This document shows positions 63,534 to 64,000 of a DNA stretch of 64,000 nucleotides, piece after piece. The stretch's first letter is position 1. Every line of letters starts with the position of its first letter. Below the pieces are notes generated by a model. The model had not been told where the DNA came from, ran no database searches, and worked only from the letters and a program-made list of their open reading frames with translations. This stretch comes from Glaucostegus cemiculus (taxonomy: Eukaryota). Made by a program: the position numbers and the translations under genes. The DNA lies in contig CDPCPM010000091.1 in assembly GCA_976551045.1 (NCBI GenBank), positions 1 to 64,000 on the forward strand, read 5' to 3'.

Positions 63534-63715
63534 CTGAACCATGTATTTGTGCAGCTCATCTAAGACAAATTCAACTTCCTTTGACGTGGTAAGAGATGCA
63601 AGATTCCCATTAAGGTTGTAACAATAAAGTTTGGCATTATCATAGTTTTCTCGGCTTGCATTAATCCGGAGACAGACATCACCAACATGGTTCCACCCTT
63701 CTCCACAAAGATGAG
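63534..63715 (-). CDS. ATRNL1: Attractin-like 1 internal exon (C-type lectin, N-terminal half); about exon 15
   Basis: tttccag|CT CAT CTT TGT GGA...GTT CAG|gtaatc. It is 182 nt, phase 1 to 0, and encodes (A)HLCGEGWNHVGDVCLRINASRENYDNAKLYCYNLNGNLASLTTSKEVEFVLDELHKYMVQ. Confidence 0.96.
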
Positions 63716-64000
63716 CTGGAAAGTTAGAACAAAAATTTTCATATTTCACGGCTGTAATATACTGTGAAATGACAAGATCACTTCCAAAACACCTGCACTA
63801 CCAGGCAATCTCTCATACACACCGCCATTCACAATTATCCAAGATCAGGTGACAATATGTCAACTGTAAGGTGCAAACTAACTTTATTTATCAGCCATCA
63901 CCAGTGTAACAGGGTGTTACCCAAGTACATCAGGGAATAGGTACAGCCAATTCAAATGCTTACTGAAAATAAGGTATTGATGGAGGCATTGAGAGGACAT

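Noticed and set aside
2577-63715. Assignment to ATRN instead of ATRNL1
   Set aside because: Residues such as AHLCGEGW, VSPNQ.ARPC, GEPNDSG and QNCSGLRTC fit ATRNL1 as I recall it. A phylogeny or reciprocal BLAST would confirm.
1-64000. Prokaryote-type systems (CRISPR arrays, operons, retrons) or endogenous viral genes
   Set aside because: There are no regularly spaced repeats or dense long ORFs, and all RT-like ORFs are fragments of non-LTR retrotransposons.

Overview
This is eukaryotic, AT-rich intronic DNA from a cartilaginous fish. The CR1, Rex-Babar, V-SINE and Penelope repeat mix suggests a batoid (ray/sawfish-like), but that taxon call is inference. The whole window lies inside one gene on the minus strand, attractin-like 1 (ATRNL1). 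Six internal coding exons were read directly: 63715-63534, 57467-57254, 52397-52209, 46171-45953, 42093-41956 and 2670-2577. All have GT-AG boundaries and phase-compatible junctions, total 1036 nt and encode the C-type lectin, two PSI and laminin-EGF regions. Two of them are absent from the ORF track. The introns, including one of 39.3 kb, are filled with decayed retroelements: CR1 LINEs, Rex-Babar LINE 3' ends, tRNA-headed V-SINEs, an RTE fragment and short Penelope-like terminal pieces. Almost all other listed ORFs are repeat-derived or chance. I see no clearly new multi-gene system. The most interesting signals are: (i) short Penelope-derived fold-back hairpins flanked by 14-15 bp target-site duplications; (ii) a minimal hammerhead-ribozyme motif on the pre-mRNA strand about 350 nt past an exon; (iii) V-SINEs carrying two different LINE-derived tails; (iv) gene-sense Rex/SINE poly(A) signals upstream of the transmembrane exons. 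Repeat family names come from recognition, not a database search, and repeat boundaries are approximate.
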